Notes under the pieces: generated by a model
The model's input: the letters and a program-made list of their open reading frames with translations, nothing else
The model's database searches: none
What the model was told of the DNA's origin: nothing
Program-made: the position numbers and the translations under genes
Assembly (NCBI GenBank): GCA_003144275.1
Contig: NJBF01000007.1
Location: forward strand, 1 to 32,000
Source of the DNA: Candidatus Heimdallarchaeota archaeon B3_Heim
GTDB lineage: Archaea > Asgardarchaeota > Heimdallarchaeia > Hodarchaeales > Hodarchaeaceae
Length of the DNA: 32,000 bases
Direction of reading: 5' to 3'
Part shown: piece by piece, positions 9,979-19,783 of the stretch
How positions within the stretch are numbered: position 1 is the first letter of the stretch
Layout of the letters: every line of letters starts with the position of its first letter

Positions 9979-11648
9979 TGACCTTAGTTGACTTCCAAGA
10001 ACGTCTTATCTGGAATAAATTGGAGATTGGCAAGAATTTACTTGAATTAACTACTTATGAGGGGATTTCCTTCTGGTGGAATATCGACCATCTTTTCTAT
10101 CACTTCTTATTATCCACCCTAGAGAGTAATGGAAAAGTCCCTAGTGTAACTAGAAGGAATTTCCTTACCGTTAGACTATTTGGAACGAGAATAGGATTAT
10201 TAATTTTCTTAATACTTGATATCCTTTTATTTTTGTTCGGTAAACTAATCATTTTAATTGCTAAGGTAAGTAAAAACGAAAAAAAATTAGACTATAGAAA
10301 AAAACCTATTTTCCTTGTTATTAGCTATGATGCAGCTTGGGTTGCAACACCTAGTTATTTATCTGGATTAATAAGAAAGTCAGATCATCTTAAAGACTCT
10401 GTGATGGAGACACTTCAGCACAAAGCAGATTTTTTGGGAACTTCATCATTTCGATACCGCAAAGCAAGCTTTAAAATTGCACTAGAACGATCCCTTTTCT
10501 GGAATCATTCTTATAACTTACTGAACGTATACTGGTCACCAAAGAGCTGGTTAAAACAGGTTTATGCTTTTAACTTCTTTAAAAGAAAATTGAAAATGAT
10601 AAAAAATGATTCTAAATTTCGTAAACAATGTCAACAAAATAATAACGATTTCTACGACATTCTTATTCAGGAATTTGATTATTATTTTTGTTTCTTATTA
10701 CCACTTTGCGTCAGCTGGGTAGAGACATTCACATCTCTAATTGACAAAATAAAACCCTCTCTTGCACTTATCTCAAATGAAACTGGACATTCGGAAAAGA
10801 GTCTGATTATTGCTTCAAAAAAACATAAGGTTCCTGTATTAGCAATGCAACATGGGGTTATTGACCCCACAAATCGTGGATATATTTTTTCTAAAAAGGA
10901 TATTAGTAAAAGTGGATCAATTCACTCACCATATAATCCAATTACTGATAGAACCGCAGTATTTGGTACTAAGTACAAGAATTTCATTGATAAAAACAGT
11001 AATTTCCCTGAAGGCAGTGTGGTAGTAACTGGCAACCCAAAATTTGATAAATTATTTCAAATGGTTAACAAATTTAAAAATCGGGGCCATATTCGACGTT
11101 GGTTGAACATTCCAGAGGATAAACCCATTCTGCTCTGGACCACACAAACGCATTGGCTTTCTACCGAAGAAAACCGTAAGAACGTTGATGCAGTCTATTC
11201 TGCTCTGGAAGAATTGAATGATGACATTACACTAATTGTGAAACTTCATCCTAATGAGGACCAAAGAGCTCCTTTTTATCAAGAAGATTCTCGCATTAAA
11301 CCTATCTATCTGGGAAAAGAAGTTGATATCCTCCAACTGATTTACGTTTCAAATATTATATTAACGAAACACTCAATGACGGCAACCGAAGCTGTTGCAC
11401 TTGACAAACCTGTTATAATTTTAAATCTCAGTGGAAATCCAGATATTATTGACTGCGTTGATGAAGGAGTAGCTGTTGGAGTTTATAAGAAAGATGATCT
11501 AAAACAAGCTATCCTTTCACTACTAGTTGATGATTCTAGAATCGCTAAAAATCGGTCTCGATATGTGGAAGCTGAATACTATTTAATTGACGGAAAATCT
11601 TCAGAAAGAATGGCCCGTCTGATGGAATCAATGATCAAAAAAAATTAA
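9978..11648 (+). CDS. GT-B fold protein, candidate nonulosonate transferase (CDP-glycerol glycerophosphotransferase-like C-terminal domain)
   Basis: MQHG, VTGNPKFD, VKLHPNE, STATEA-like SMTATEA and DGKSSER motifs; start overlaps the neuC stop. Confidence 0.6.
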   Translation: MTLVDFQERLIWNKLEIGKNLLELTTYEGISFWWNIDHLFYHFLLSTLESNGKVPSVTRRNFLTVRLFGTRIGLLIFLILDILLFLFGKLIILIAKVSKNEKKLDYRKKPIFLVISYDAAWVATPSYLSGLIRKSDHLKDSVMETLQHKADFLGTSSFRYRKASFKIALERSLFWNHSYNLLNVYWSPKSWLKQVYAFNFFKRKLKMIKNDSKFRKQCQQNNNDFYDILIQEFDYYFCFLLPLCVSWVETFTSLIDKIKPSLALISNETGHSEKSLIIASKKHKVPVLAMQHGVIDPTNRGYIFSKKDISKSGSIHSPYNPITDRTAVFGTKYKNFIDKNSNFPEGSVVVTGNPKFDKLFQMVNKFKNRGHIRRWLNIPEDKPILLWTTQTHWLSTEENRKNVDAVYSALEELNDDITLIVKLHPNEDQRAPFYQEDSRIKPIYLGKEVDILQLIYVSNIILTKHSMTATEAVALDKPVIILNLSGNPDIIDCVDEGVAVGVYKKDDLKQAILSLLVDDSRIAKNRSRYVEAEYYLIDGKSSERMARLMESMIKKN

Positions 11649-11663
11649 GAAAAATAGCTGATA

Positions 11664-12854
11664 GTGAATTCAATGGGAAATAATTCAATTATCTTCTTGG
11701 CGACATATGCTTACTTAGCAATTCCTCAGTACCTCTCAATAACTCCTAACCTAACAAATTACACAAAAATATTGTTTAACACAAGAGATCTACTCTCTAC
11801 GAAATACGACAGCAAATTTATTACCCAAGACATTAAAAAGAATTATTTTGATGATTTTTTTGAACTAAAAGATTTTTCTTTCAATGTAAAAGGTCCATGG
11901 AAAAAGTATCAAGCTTTCAGAAGATGGAAACGAGCAATAATCTTATATATGAACCAGATTTTCCCCCAAGTCGTTGTTAGCTGTTCAGATCAGTCAATGA
12001 CTGATAAAATTATCAGTTCTTGGTGTAAAAAGAATAAAAAAGCATTCATTGTCTTGCAACCCTCGTTTATTAGTGGGATGCATTATAAAAAATATGGAAT
12101 CAGTCACAAAATTAGGTATCTCATTTTTAATAAACTTTTAAATCTGCCTAGGTATCGTAAACAGCATTTATTTGGTAATGAAGAACATTGGACTCACTTA
12201 CTTCTTTGGAGTCAGTATTTTATTGAAGATCCTAAAAGACCGAACATGTATTTCGTTGGCAATCCTGCTTTTGATGTGCTTTTTAGTCAATTTACTAGCA
12301 AACGAACACTGAAAAACAATGTTTTAATATGTACACAAAATATTAAGGCAATGGTGGGAAAAGAAGCGTTTGATCAAGTTATCGATATGTACATTCAAGC
12401 AATTAATGCAAAACCTGATCTTACATTCTACATCAAAGTCCATCCAAGAGAATCAATTGAGAAGTATGAATTATTATTCCCCAAAGACCATTTTCCAAAT
12501 GCTAAAGTGGTTCAAGAGGATAACTTGTATGATCTCTTCAGAATTAGTGATGTTCAGATATCAGTATCTTCTTATACTTCCTTTGAAGCAGTAGCAACGG
12601 GATTACCAATTATTATTGTGAATCCTAATAATATGTTCGATTTTATTGATCATTTTAGGCAAGAAATAGAGATAAAGGTTACAGATCTGGAGAAAATCGC
12701 AAAGGCTATTGATTTAGCTAGGTCTGAACATTATTGGATGGAGTTTGTCAAAAAGAGGGAAAAATATTTTGACTATATGGTCCATTCCACTGATGGAAAG
12801 AGCGGAAAGCGAGCTGCAGAGAAAATGGAAGAGATTATCAATTTTAGTGGATAA
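11664..12854 (+). CDS. GT-B fold protein, second candidate nonulosonate transferase
   Basis: VGNPAFD, IKVHPRE, SYTSFEA and DGKSGKR motifs, similar to the C-terminal half of the upstream ORF. Confidence 0.55.
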   Translation: MNSMGNNSIIFLATYAYLAIPQYLSITPNLTNYTKILFNTRDLLSTKYDSKFITQDIKKNYFDDFFELKDFSFNVKGPWKKYQAFRRWKRAIILYMNQIFPQVVVSCSDQSMTDKIISSWCKKNKKAFIVLQPSFISGMHYKKYGISHKIRYLIFNKLLNLPRYRKQHLFGNEEHWTHLLLWSQYFIEDPKRPNMYFVGNPAFDVLFSQFTSKRTLKNNVLICTQNIKAMVGKEAFDQVIDMYIQAINAKPDLTFYIKVHPRESIEKYELLFPKDHFPNAKVVQEDNLYDLFRISDVQISVSSYTSFEAVATGLPIIIVNPNNMFDFIDHFRQEIEIKVTDLEKIAKAIDLARSEHYWMEFVKKREKYFDYMVHSTDGKSGKRAAEKMEEIINFSG

Positions 12855-12909
12855 TGTGTCAATTATAAAATATGTTATCTGTTAAACAAACAATTATGGA
12901 CGTTAAAAA

Positions 12910-13662
12910 ATGAAAACAGGATTTCTAATAACTGCACGAATGAAATCAACTAGACTACCCAAGAAATTGACCCTAAAAATCAATGATCGTGAAATAATTG
13001 CCTGGTTGATTGATAGATTGAAACAATGCCAGAACTTGAACGAAATTGTAATAACCACCTCTTCAAATCCACAAGATAAAATACTCTGTCAGATAGCAAA
13101 ACGGGAGAATGTTAAATGTTTTGAAGGGAGTGAAATTGATGTTCTTGAACGATTATACATGGCTGCAAAAAAATATGAATTAGATTATATTATTAATATT
13201 ACTGGTGATTGTCCTTTAGTTTCTTTCGATTTTATTGACCAAATTCTAGCAGCATATGAAAAAACCAATGCTGATCTAATTACGACGTTTAAATTACCCC
13301 ATGGCTTCTATATTTATGGGATAAAGATCTCTGCATTAGAAAAAGTGTTAGAAATTAAAAATGAGGTTGATACTGAAATTTGGGGAGCATATTTCACCGA
13401 AACAGGACTATTCAATGTTGTAGATTTAGATATTCCTTCTGATTTGCACCGGAAAGACTATCGCTTAACCCTTGATTATCCAGAGGATTTTGATTTCTTC
13501 AAAGCTATTTTTGCGGGGCTTGGAAGAGACACATTTAAGAAATCGACAAAAGAGATTATCGAATTCCTAGATACTCATCCTGAAATTGTACATCTCAACT
13601 CGCATTGCGAAGAGCTTTATCAAAAACGATATGATCAGCAAAGGAAATTAGAGCTAAAATGA
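12910..13662 (+). CDS. spsF: Cytidylyltransferase, SpsF/NeuA-like (CMP-nonulosonate synthetase candidate)
   Basis: TARMKSTRLPKK, GSEIDVLER, ITGDCP and RLTLDYPED motifs. Confidence 0.8.
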   Translation: MKTGFLITARMKSTRLPKKLTLKINDREIIAWLIDRLKQCQNLNEIVITTSSNPQDKILCQIAKRENVKCFEGSEIDVLERLYMAAKKYELDYIINITGDCPLVSFDFIDQILAAYEKTNADLITTFKLPHGFYIYGIKISALEKVLEIKNEVDTEIWGAYFTETGLFNVVDLDIPSDLHRKDYRLTLDYPEDFDFFKAIFAGLGRDTFKKSTKEIIEFLDTHPEIVHLNSHCEELYQKRYDQQRKLELK

Positions 13663-14642
13663 AGATTGGAATCATAGGTTTAGGATCAATTGGTCGACGA
13701 CATGCACGATGCCTTCACAAAATTGGAGTTACCGACATTGTTGCCTTAAGAACAGGGAAGGGTACGAAAAAGGAACTATCTGAAGACCTAAAAAACATTA
13801 AAGAAGTTTTTGATAGAGAGGATTTCTATTCTTTGAACCTAGATGGACTTATTATTTCAAATCCCACATCATTTCATGTAGAGTCTATGAAAACTGCTTT
13901 AGAATATGAAATCCCAATTTTGATTGAAAAACCGATAGCCTCATCCCTAGAATCGATTGAAAAATTAAAAATTCATGATTTATCTAAAATTTTGGTAGGT
14001 TACTGTCTTCGATATGATGAAATAATAAATGTGGTAAAAGAGTTCATTGATTCCAACAGATTGGGGAGAATTTTCAAAGCTCACCTTTTTTGTGGACAGT
14101 ATCTACCTTTATGGCACCCATATGCTGAATATAGAACAGAATATTATTCCCGTAAGGATTTAGGGGGTGGAGCCCTTCGTACGCTTTCTCACGAGATTGA
14201 CCTGATGCATTATTTTTTTGGTAATGTTGACGAACTCTTTGCTAGCGTAGAGAAACTTTCTAACTTAGAAATCGATGTAGATGATAATGTTCACATTTTT
14301 TGCAGGATGAAAGGGGGTTCAAGGATTCATGTTGAATTAGATTACCTAAACCCGACATATCAGAGAACAGGAAGAATTCTAGGCGAGGTAGGAGAATTAA
14401 CATATTCCTTTTCAAATAAGAAGGTATCTTTTACTGATTTTAAAGGTAAAACAGAAATAGTCTACGAAAATCTTGTGTTAGATCCAAATGGAATGTATCT
14501 CAACCAAATTAAAGACTTTATCAATTTAATTAAAGACCAAGTCAGAGTTCGTTGCACATTTAATGATGGGGTAGAAGTGATGAAAATTATTAAAACTTCC
14601 GAAGATTCATCGCGATTGAAATCGTGGCAAAAAATTGAGTAG
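13659..14642 (+). CDS. Gfo/Idh/MocA-family NAD(P)-dependent oxidoreductase
   Basis: IGLGSIGRRH, IEKP, GGGALRTLSHEID and LDYL motifs; 4-nt overlap with the upstream gene. Confidence 0.88.
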   Translation: MKIGIIGLGSIGRRHARCLHKIGVTDIVALRTGKGTKKELSEDLKNIKEVFDREDFYSLNLDGLIISNPTSFHVESMKTALEYEIPILIEKPIASSLESIEKLKIHDLSKILVGYCLRYDEIINVVKEFIDSNRLGRIFKAHLFCGQYLPLWHPYAEYRTEYYSRKDLGGGALRTLSHEIDLMHYFFGNVDELFASVEKLSNLEIDVDDNVHIFCRMKGGSRIHVELDYLNPTYQRTGRILGEVGELTYSFSNKKVSFTDFKGKTEIVYENLVLDPNGMYLNQIKDFINLIKDQVRVRCTFNDGVEVMKIIKTSEDSSRLKSWQKIE

Positions 14643-14650
14643 GGTTAATT

Positions 14651-15478
14651 ATGAGAGATCTGTTTAATTTAGATTCAAAAGTCGCAGTAGTAATTGGTGG
14701 TAATGGGTATTTAGGAATTGAATTTTGTAAAACTTTATTAGAATATGGAGCAGTGGTCTATTGCTGTGATGCAAGTATTCAAGAATCAGAAGAAACAAAC
14801 GCAATTAAGAAGAAATTTCCTGATAAATTTAAGATGATAAAAACTGATGCGACTAATAAAGAAAGTCTTGAAACCCTGAGAAATGATATATTAGGAACAG
14901 AAAAAACGGTTGATATCCTGGTCAACACAGCAACAATGAAAGGTAATGATTTCTACTTACCTTTCGAAGAAGTCTCACTGGAAGGATGGAATATTGGTAT
15001 TTTGGGAAATCTAACCATACCATTTCTAACAATACAAACATTCATTCCTTTGATGAAAACACAGAGAAAAGGCTCTATTATTAACATTTCCTCGCACTAT
15101 GGAATAGTTGGAAATGATCAACGGATCTATGTTGGTAGCAATTTACACGAACTCTATGTGAAGGACTCCCCTAACATTGAACAAGTATACTCACATGGAG
15201 TTTATAATGCTTCAAAAGGTGGGATTATTAACTTCACCCGATATCTAGCCGCTTATTATGGTGAGTACAACATTCGAGTGAATTGTATCTCACCAGGAGG
15301 AATTCATTATGAGGATGAGAATGAGACTTTTGTACAAAAGTATTCAGAGAAAGTCCCACTTGCAAGAAAAGCCAGGAAAGCCGAAATCAATGGAGCGCTG
15401 ATCTTTCTAGCATCTAATGCATCTTCATATGTTACTGGTCATAATCTTGTTGTAGATGGGGGATTTACAATCTGGTGA
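14651..15478 (+). CDS. SDR-family oxidoreductase (PtmA-like)
   Basis: GGNGYLG Rossmann motif, ISSHYG, YNASK catalytic YxxxK, RVNCISPGG and VDGGFT. Confidence 0.88.
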   Translation: MRDLFNLDSKVAVVIGGNGYLGIEFCKTLLEYGAVVYCCDASIQESEETNAIKKKFPDKFKMIKTDATNKESLETLRNDILGTEKTVDILVNTATMKGNDFYLPFEEVSLEGWNIGILGNLTIPFLTIQTFIPLMKTQRKGSIINISSHYGIVGNDQRIYVGSNLHELYVKDSPNIEQVYSHGVYNASKGGIINFTRYLAAYYGEYNIRVNCISPGGIHYEDENETFVQKYSEKVPLARKARKAEINGALIFLASNASSYVTGHNLVVDGGFTIW

Positions 15479-15645
15479 TAATCTTCTTAGCCAGAAATTA
15501 CAGAAGTAAAAATGCTGGGCTATATCACATTTCAAACTGAATTAACTATTCAATCTTCTTCTCAAAATCACAACACATCAATTATAATATAGTTTAGATA
15601 ATTTGAAATCATTGAATTTACCCTCTGGAACATGGAAGAAAAAAC

Positions 15646-16755
15646 ATGAGATATTGTAAAAAATGCGTAATGCCTGACACAAGGCCTTACATGAAATTTA
15701 ATGAAGAAGGGGTTTGTTATCCCTGTATCCATTATGAAAACAGGAAAAATGTTGATTGGGACGCAAGATGGAAAGAGTTAGAAGCTCTTGCTGACAAACA
15801 TCGCGGTCGGAATGGGAACTATTACGATGTTATTATAACTGCCAGTGGTGGTAAAGATAGTCATTACCAAGTAGATGTATTTAAAGAAAAATTGAACATG
15901 AATCCTTTGTTGGTGTCTATTGATAACTTTAGCTGGACCAAAACTGGTCGAGAAAACTACGAGAATTTGGGGGATAGATACGGTGTGGATATTCACCTGA
16001 TTACCTTAAATCGTAAGGTTGCCAGAAGAATGCTCAGTAAGGGTCTTGATAAAGGTCTTTATCCAACATGGATATGGGATAGAGCAGTCTATGCTTATCC
16101 CTTACAAATGGCCATTAAATTAAACATTCCCCTAGTTATTTGGGGTGAAAATACAGCCTATGAACGCGGAGGCCCTATACTTGAGGACACTCCTGATGCA
16201 ATGGTTCAATTGAAGAATGATGTTGTTAAACCGATTCCATTAGAAGAATGGGTAGATGAGGAAATTACCTTGAAAGATTTAAATCCCATTATCTATCCAT
16301 CAATGGAGGAAATTGAAAAAGCGGGAGTTGAAGCTAGATTTTTGAGTTATTATGATCCTTGGAGTGACCATGGACATTACGAATACGCCATCAAGAACGG
16401 TTGGAAGACATTGGAGGAAGAATGGGTACGAGAGGGGCTTCCAGGCTTGCATTACTTACAAGTTGATACCATTGGATATCTTGTCCATAATTGGGTTAAA
16501 TTCGTGAAAATGGGTCATTGGGCTTTGACAGATTACTGTAGTTTAGATATTCGTGAAGGAAGAATGACCCGGGAAGAAGCCGTGAAGCTAATCAATCAGG
16601 AAGAGTATAAATTGGACCCAAAAATGCTCAAGGATTTTCTAGATTTTACAGGTGTTTCTGAAGAAAGATTTTGGGCTCTTGTTGATAAATTTGCCAATAA
16701 AGATATTGTTGAGAAGCGCAACGGTATATGGAGATTAAAACAACCTCTGATGTAG
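15646..16755 (+). CDS. N-acetyl sugar amidotransferase (WbuX/PseA-like, PP-loop)
   Basis: MRYCKKCVMPDTRP start, SGGKDS PP-loop, WGEN and DIREGRMTREEA. Confidence 0.85.
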   Translation: MRYCKKCVMPDTRPYMKFNEEGVCYPCIHYENRKNVDWDARWKELEALADKHRGRNGNYYDVIITASGGKDSHYQVDVFKEKLNMNPLLVSIDNFSWTKTGRENYENLGDRYGVDIHLITLNRKVARRMLSKGLDKGLYPTWIWDRAVYAYPLQMAIKLNIPLVIWGENTAYERGGPILEDTPDAMVQLKNDVVKPIPLEEWVDEEITLKDLNPIIYPSMEEIEKAGVEARFLSYYDPWSDHGHYEYAIKNGWKTLEEEWVREGLPGLHYLQVDTIGYLVHNWVKFVKMGHWALTDYCSLDIREGRMTREEAVKLINQEEYKLDPKMLKDFLDFTGVSEERFWALVDKFANKDIVEKRNGIWRLKQPLM

Positions 16756-16814
16756 GTTTACTTCCCTCTCCCTTATTTTTCTCTCTTTCTAATATTTCAG
16801 TAAAGACTATTTTC

Positions 16815-17900
16815 TTATTTGAATTCCAGTTGTATTCCCAAGAGATCTTGAATTACTTCTTGAATTAACACCTTTATTTGTTCTTTAGTCAAGATTGAAG
16901 CATTTTCTGATGAGTATAACGCTTCATTATTTTTTGGTTCTATCTTGACTGCTAGATTATCATAATAATTTATCAGATTTTCAACTAATTCAGGATGATA
17001 AAAGGGATTATTGGGAACTAAAATGAAGATCTTGTCCTTTTTGTAGATGTTTGAAGTTTGCGTTTCATAATCGCTTAATAATTCCTCGTATTTCTTTTCT
17101 CCAATGCGATCTCCAATAGTCTTGATCTGTATTTCTTTTGGCTCGAGTTTAAAATATGGAGCTACAACTTCAATCATAGCTTCAACTAGGTCGCCTGTAT
17201 AGATCGCTGGCATTTCTAGAATGAAAATCTCTCCACCTTTCGCAAATGTTGCTGTGTTTAAAACCAGACTGACGGCCTCTTCCATTTTCATAATGAATCG
17301 AGTCATTTTGGGATCAGTAACTGTAACTGGTTCTCCTTTTTGTATCTGCTTGAAAAAAATTGGGATAACCGAACCTCGTGAACCTAGCACATTCCCAAAT
17401 CGAACGGCAGAAAAGGAAATGTCTTTTAAACCAACATATAAATTGGCTGCAATGGTTAGCCTTTCCGCGAGTAGTTTAGTAGCACCCATAACATTTGTAG
17501 GGTTAATAGCTTTATCTGTACTAATAGTAATGAATTTCTTCACATTATTGGTCAGTGAAGCTTGGATTAGATTTTGTGTACCTACTATATTTGTTTTTAT
17601 TGCCTCAAATGGGTTATACTCGCATAAAGGAACATGTTTCAATGCACCAGCATGGAAAACTATATCTACATTTTCTAAAGCAAATTTCACTCTTTTCGAA
17701 TCACGAATATCTCCAATAAGTACTCTTAATCTTTCTGATTCAATCAGCTGGTCTAAATAGAACAAACCAGTTTCATCTATATCTAAAGCTCTAACTACTT
17801 CTGCTTCTAGGTTAATAAGCTGCCTTACGAGTTCTTTTCCAATCGATCCTGCAGCTCCAGTTACTAAAACGGTTTTATCTTTAAAGTAATCAGTATCCAC
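16815..17900 (-). CDS. UDP-N-acetylglucosamine 4,6-dehydratase (CapD/PglF/PseB-like)
   Basis: TGAAGSIG, KHVPLCEYNP, STDKA, MGATK, RFGNVLGSRGSV and MTRF motifs; AGGTG 7 nt before the GTG start. Confidence 0.9.
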   Translation of the reverse strand: MDTDYFKDKTVLVTGAAGSIGKELVRQLINLEAEVVRALDIDETGLFYLDQLIESERLRVLIGDIRDSKRVKFALENVDIVFHAGALKHVPLCEYNPFEAIKTNIVGTQNLIQASLTNNVKKFITISTDKAINPTNVMGATKLLAERLTIAANLYVGLKDISFSAVRFGNVLGSRGSVIPIFFKQIQKGEPVTVTDPKMTRFIMKMEEAVSLVLNTATFAKGGEIFILEMPAIYTGDLVEAMIEVVAPYFKLEPKEIQIKTIGDRIGEKKYEELLSDYETQTSNIYKKDKIFILVPNNPFYHPELVENLINYYDNLAVKIEPKNNEALYSSENASILTKEQIKVLIQEVIQDLLGIQLEFK

Positions 17901-17911
17901 TTGTCTTCACC

Positions 17912-19045
17912 TTATTTTTTTGATTCAAAAAATTCATAGATTTTCTTAATGACATATTCTTGTTCTTCTTGAGTCATCGTTGGATAAATCGGTATGCTCA
18001 GTATTTCCTGAGAAATATTCTCGGTTACGGGTAGATGTATGCTATACTTCATTTGTTCTTTGTAGAAGTAAGTGAGGTGGATAGGAAAGAAATATACTTT
18101 AGAAGAAATTCCATTTCGCTTAAGAAAATCTACAAGTTCATCTCGAAAACCATGTTTAATTCTGATGGAAAACAGTTGAAACACATGCCTTCCATCTGGA
18201 GGTGTAAAAGGGAGTATAAGTCCGTCTATCCCTTTTAATTTTTTAATGTAGTTATTTGCAACCCTTAAACGTTTTTTAATAATTGTTTCTACCTTTTCTA
18301 TCTGTGAAACTCCTAAGGATGCATTAATATTAGATAAACGTAAATTATACCCAAGTTTCACATAATTACTAGAAAAAGCGTCTGTAAAATAACCTTTGTC
18401 ATCTTTTCTCCCATGGGATCGTATAAGCAATAATTTTTCATAGATTTCTTTGGAATCGGTGACAATAGCTCCACCTTCTCCAGTCGAGATTACTTTGTTT
18501 TGACAAAAACTCAGCATTCCACTATGACCAAAAGATCCTGTCATTTGGTCTCCTAGCTTTGCCCCAAAAGATTCTGCAGCATCTTCAATGAGTATTAGAT
18601 TATGATCAGTAGCAATTTCTTTTAAGGCACGAATTTGAGCAGGGCAACCTCCATAATGGACTGGCATAATTAATTTTGTTTTTGAAGAAATCTTTTCTTT
18701 TACATCTTCAGGAGCTAACCCCAATGTTTTTTCTTCGATATCAGCAAATATAGGTTTTCCCTGCACGAATAATGGTGCATTAGCAGTAGCAATAAACGTC
18801 AAAGAAGGTACTATTACCTCATCATTTTTTCGAACATCATAAGCAACCATAATGGCATGCAATGCGGACGTTCCTGAATTAAAGACAGCACAATAACGAG
18901 TTCCGATGTACTCAGCAATCTTCTGTTCAAATGTACTTACTTCTGAACCAATTGCCCAATTCATCCCAGATGTAATGACTTTTTTTATTGCCTCAACATC
19001 TTGGTCATCGGAATAGATCTTGAATAGAGGTACATTGGGTGCCAT
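17912..19045 (-). CDS. DegT/DnrJ/EryC1/StrS PLP-dependent sugar aminotransferase (PglE/LegC-like)
   Basis: NSGTSALH, EDAAESFG, SFCQNKVISTGEGG (PLP lysine) and GYNLRL motifs. Confidence 0.92.
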   Translation of the reverse strand: MAPNVPLFKIYSDDQDVEAIKKVITSGMNWAIGSEVSTFEQKIAEYIGTRYCAVFNSGTSALHAIMVAYDVRKNDEVIVPSLTFIATANAPLFVQGKPIFADIEEKTLGLAPEDVKEKISSKTKLIMPVHYGGCPAQIRALKEIATDHNLILIEDAAESFGAKLGDQMTGSFGHSGMLSFCQNKVISTGEGGAIVTDSKEIYEKLLLIRSHGRKDDKGYFTDAFSSNYVKLGYNLRLSNINASLGVSQIEKVETIIKKRLRVANNYIKKLKGIDGLILPFTPPDGRHVFQLFSIRIKHGFRDELVDFLKRNGISSKVYFFPIHLTYFYKEQMKYSIHLPVTENISQEILSIPIYPTMTQEEQEYVIKKIYEFFESKK

Positions 19046-19107
19046 TTTCTCAATACCTACCGTAGAATTTCAATTCTGTTTCTGTTATCTATCTTTATAT
19101 TTTATTG

Positions 19108-19575
19108 TTAAAATCCTTCTGTCTCTGCTTCCATATTTTCTATTTCTTCCTGAGACAAATTCCTCTTTACCTCAACTGGAACACCAAACGCGACAACATT
19201 ACTTGATACATCTTTGTTCACCAGGCTGAATGCTCCAATTATTGTATTTTCCCCTATTGTTACGCCTGGCATTACAAGAGAATGGCTCCCTATTCTGGCG
19301 TTTCTTTTAATTTCTACTTTTCCAGATTTCCCATCGATAGTCGATTCGGAATAGATAGAACAATGAGAACCGACCTGGACAAAATCTTCGATTTCTACAC
19401 CAAATTTAGCATTGATATAGGTAAAAGCGCCTAAATCTGTATATTTTCCTAATTTGAGTGTGTCTGGATATTGAACTAACCAATTCCATTGTGTTAATTG
19501 TCCATGTTGAATTTCAGGGGTCTTCCAATCTTTGAAGTTTTCTCTTTTCATTAACTTGTAACCATCCTGAATCAT
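19108..19575 (-). CDS. Hexapeptide-repeat (left-handed beta-helix) acyltransferase
   Basis: Repeating [LIV]Gxxxx pattern (IGSHSLVMPGVTIGENTIIGAFSLV); upstream of the aminotransferase. Confidence 0.85.
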   Translation of the reverse strand: MIQDGYKLMKRENFKDWKTPEIQHGQLTQWNWLVQYPDTLKLGKYTDLGAFTYINAKFGVEIEDFVQVGSHCSIYSESTIDGKSGKVEIKRNARIGSHSLVMPGVTIGENTIIGAFSLVNKDVSSNVVAFGVPVEVKRNLSQEEIENMEAETEGF

Positions 19576-19783
19576 AAAATTCCAGAGAGACTAATCAGTA
19601 TGAACTACGGCTCATTCACAAGAATGATAGTGCAAATAACCAATCATGAGAGCCTATTTAGAACTTCGACTAATACTTTTTGTCTTGAAGAATATTACTT
19701 CAAATAAATATAGTTTGGTACACTTTTAACTAAATTAATGAATACGTACATGAATATGTCTTAAATGTGGAGAACTGATACTA

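Noticed and set aside
11847-11858. 12-nt match (TTTGATGATTTT) to the start of predicted guide 1 inside a GT-B gene
   Set aside because: Low-complexity AT-rich match that diverges after 12 nt and has no GG-ending motif 5' of it; not distinguishable from chance.
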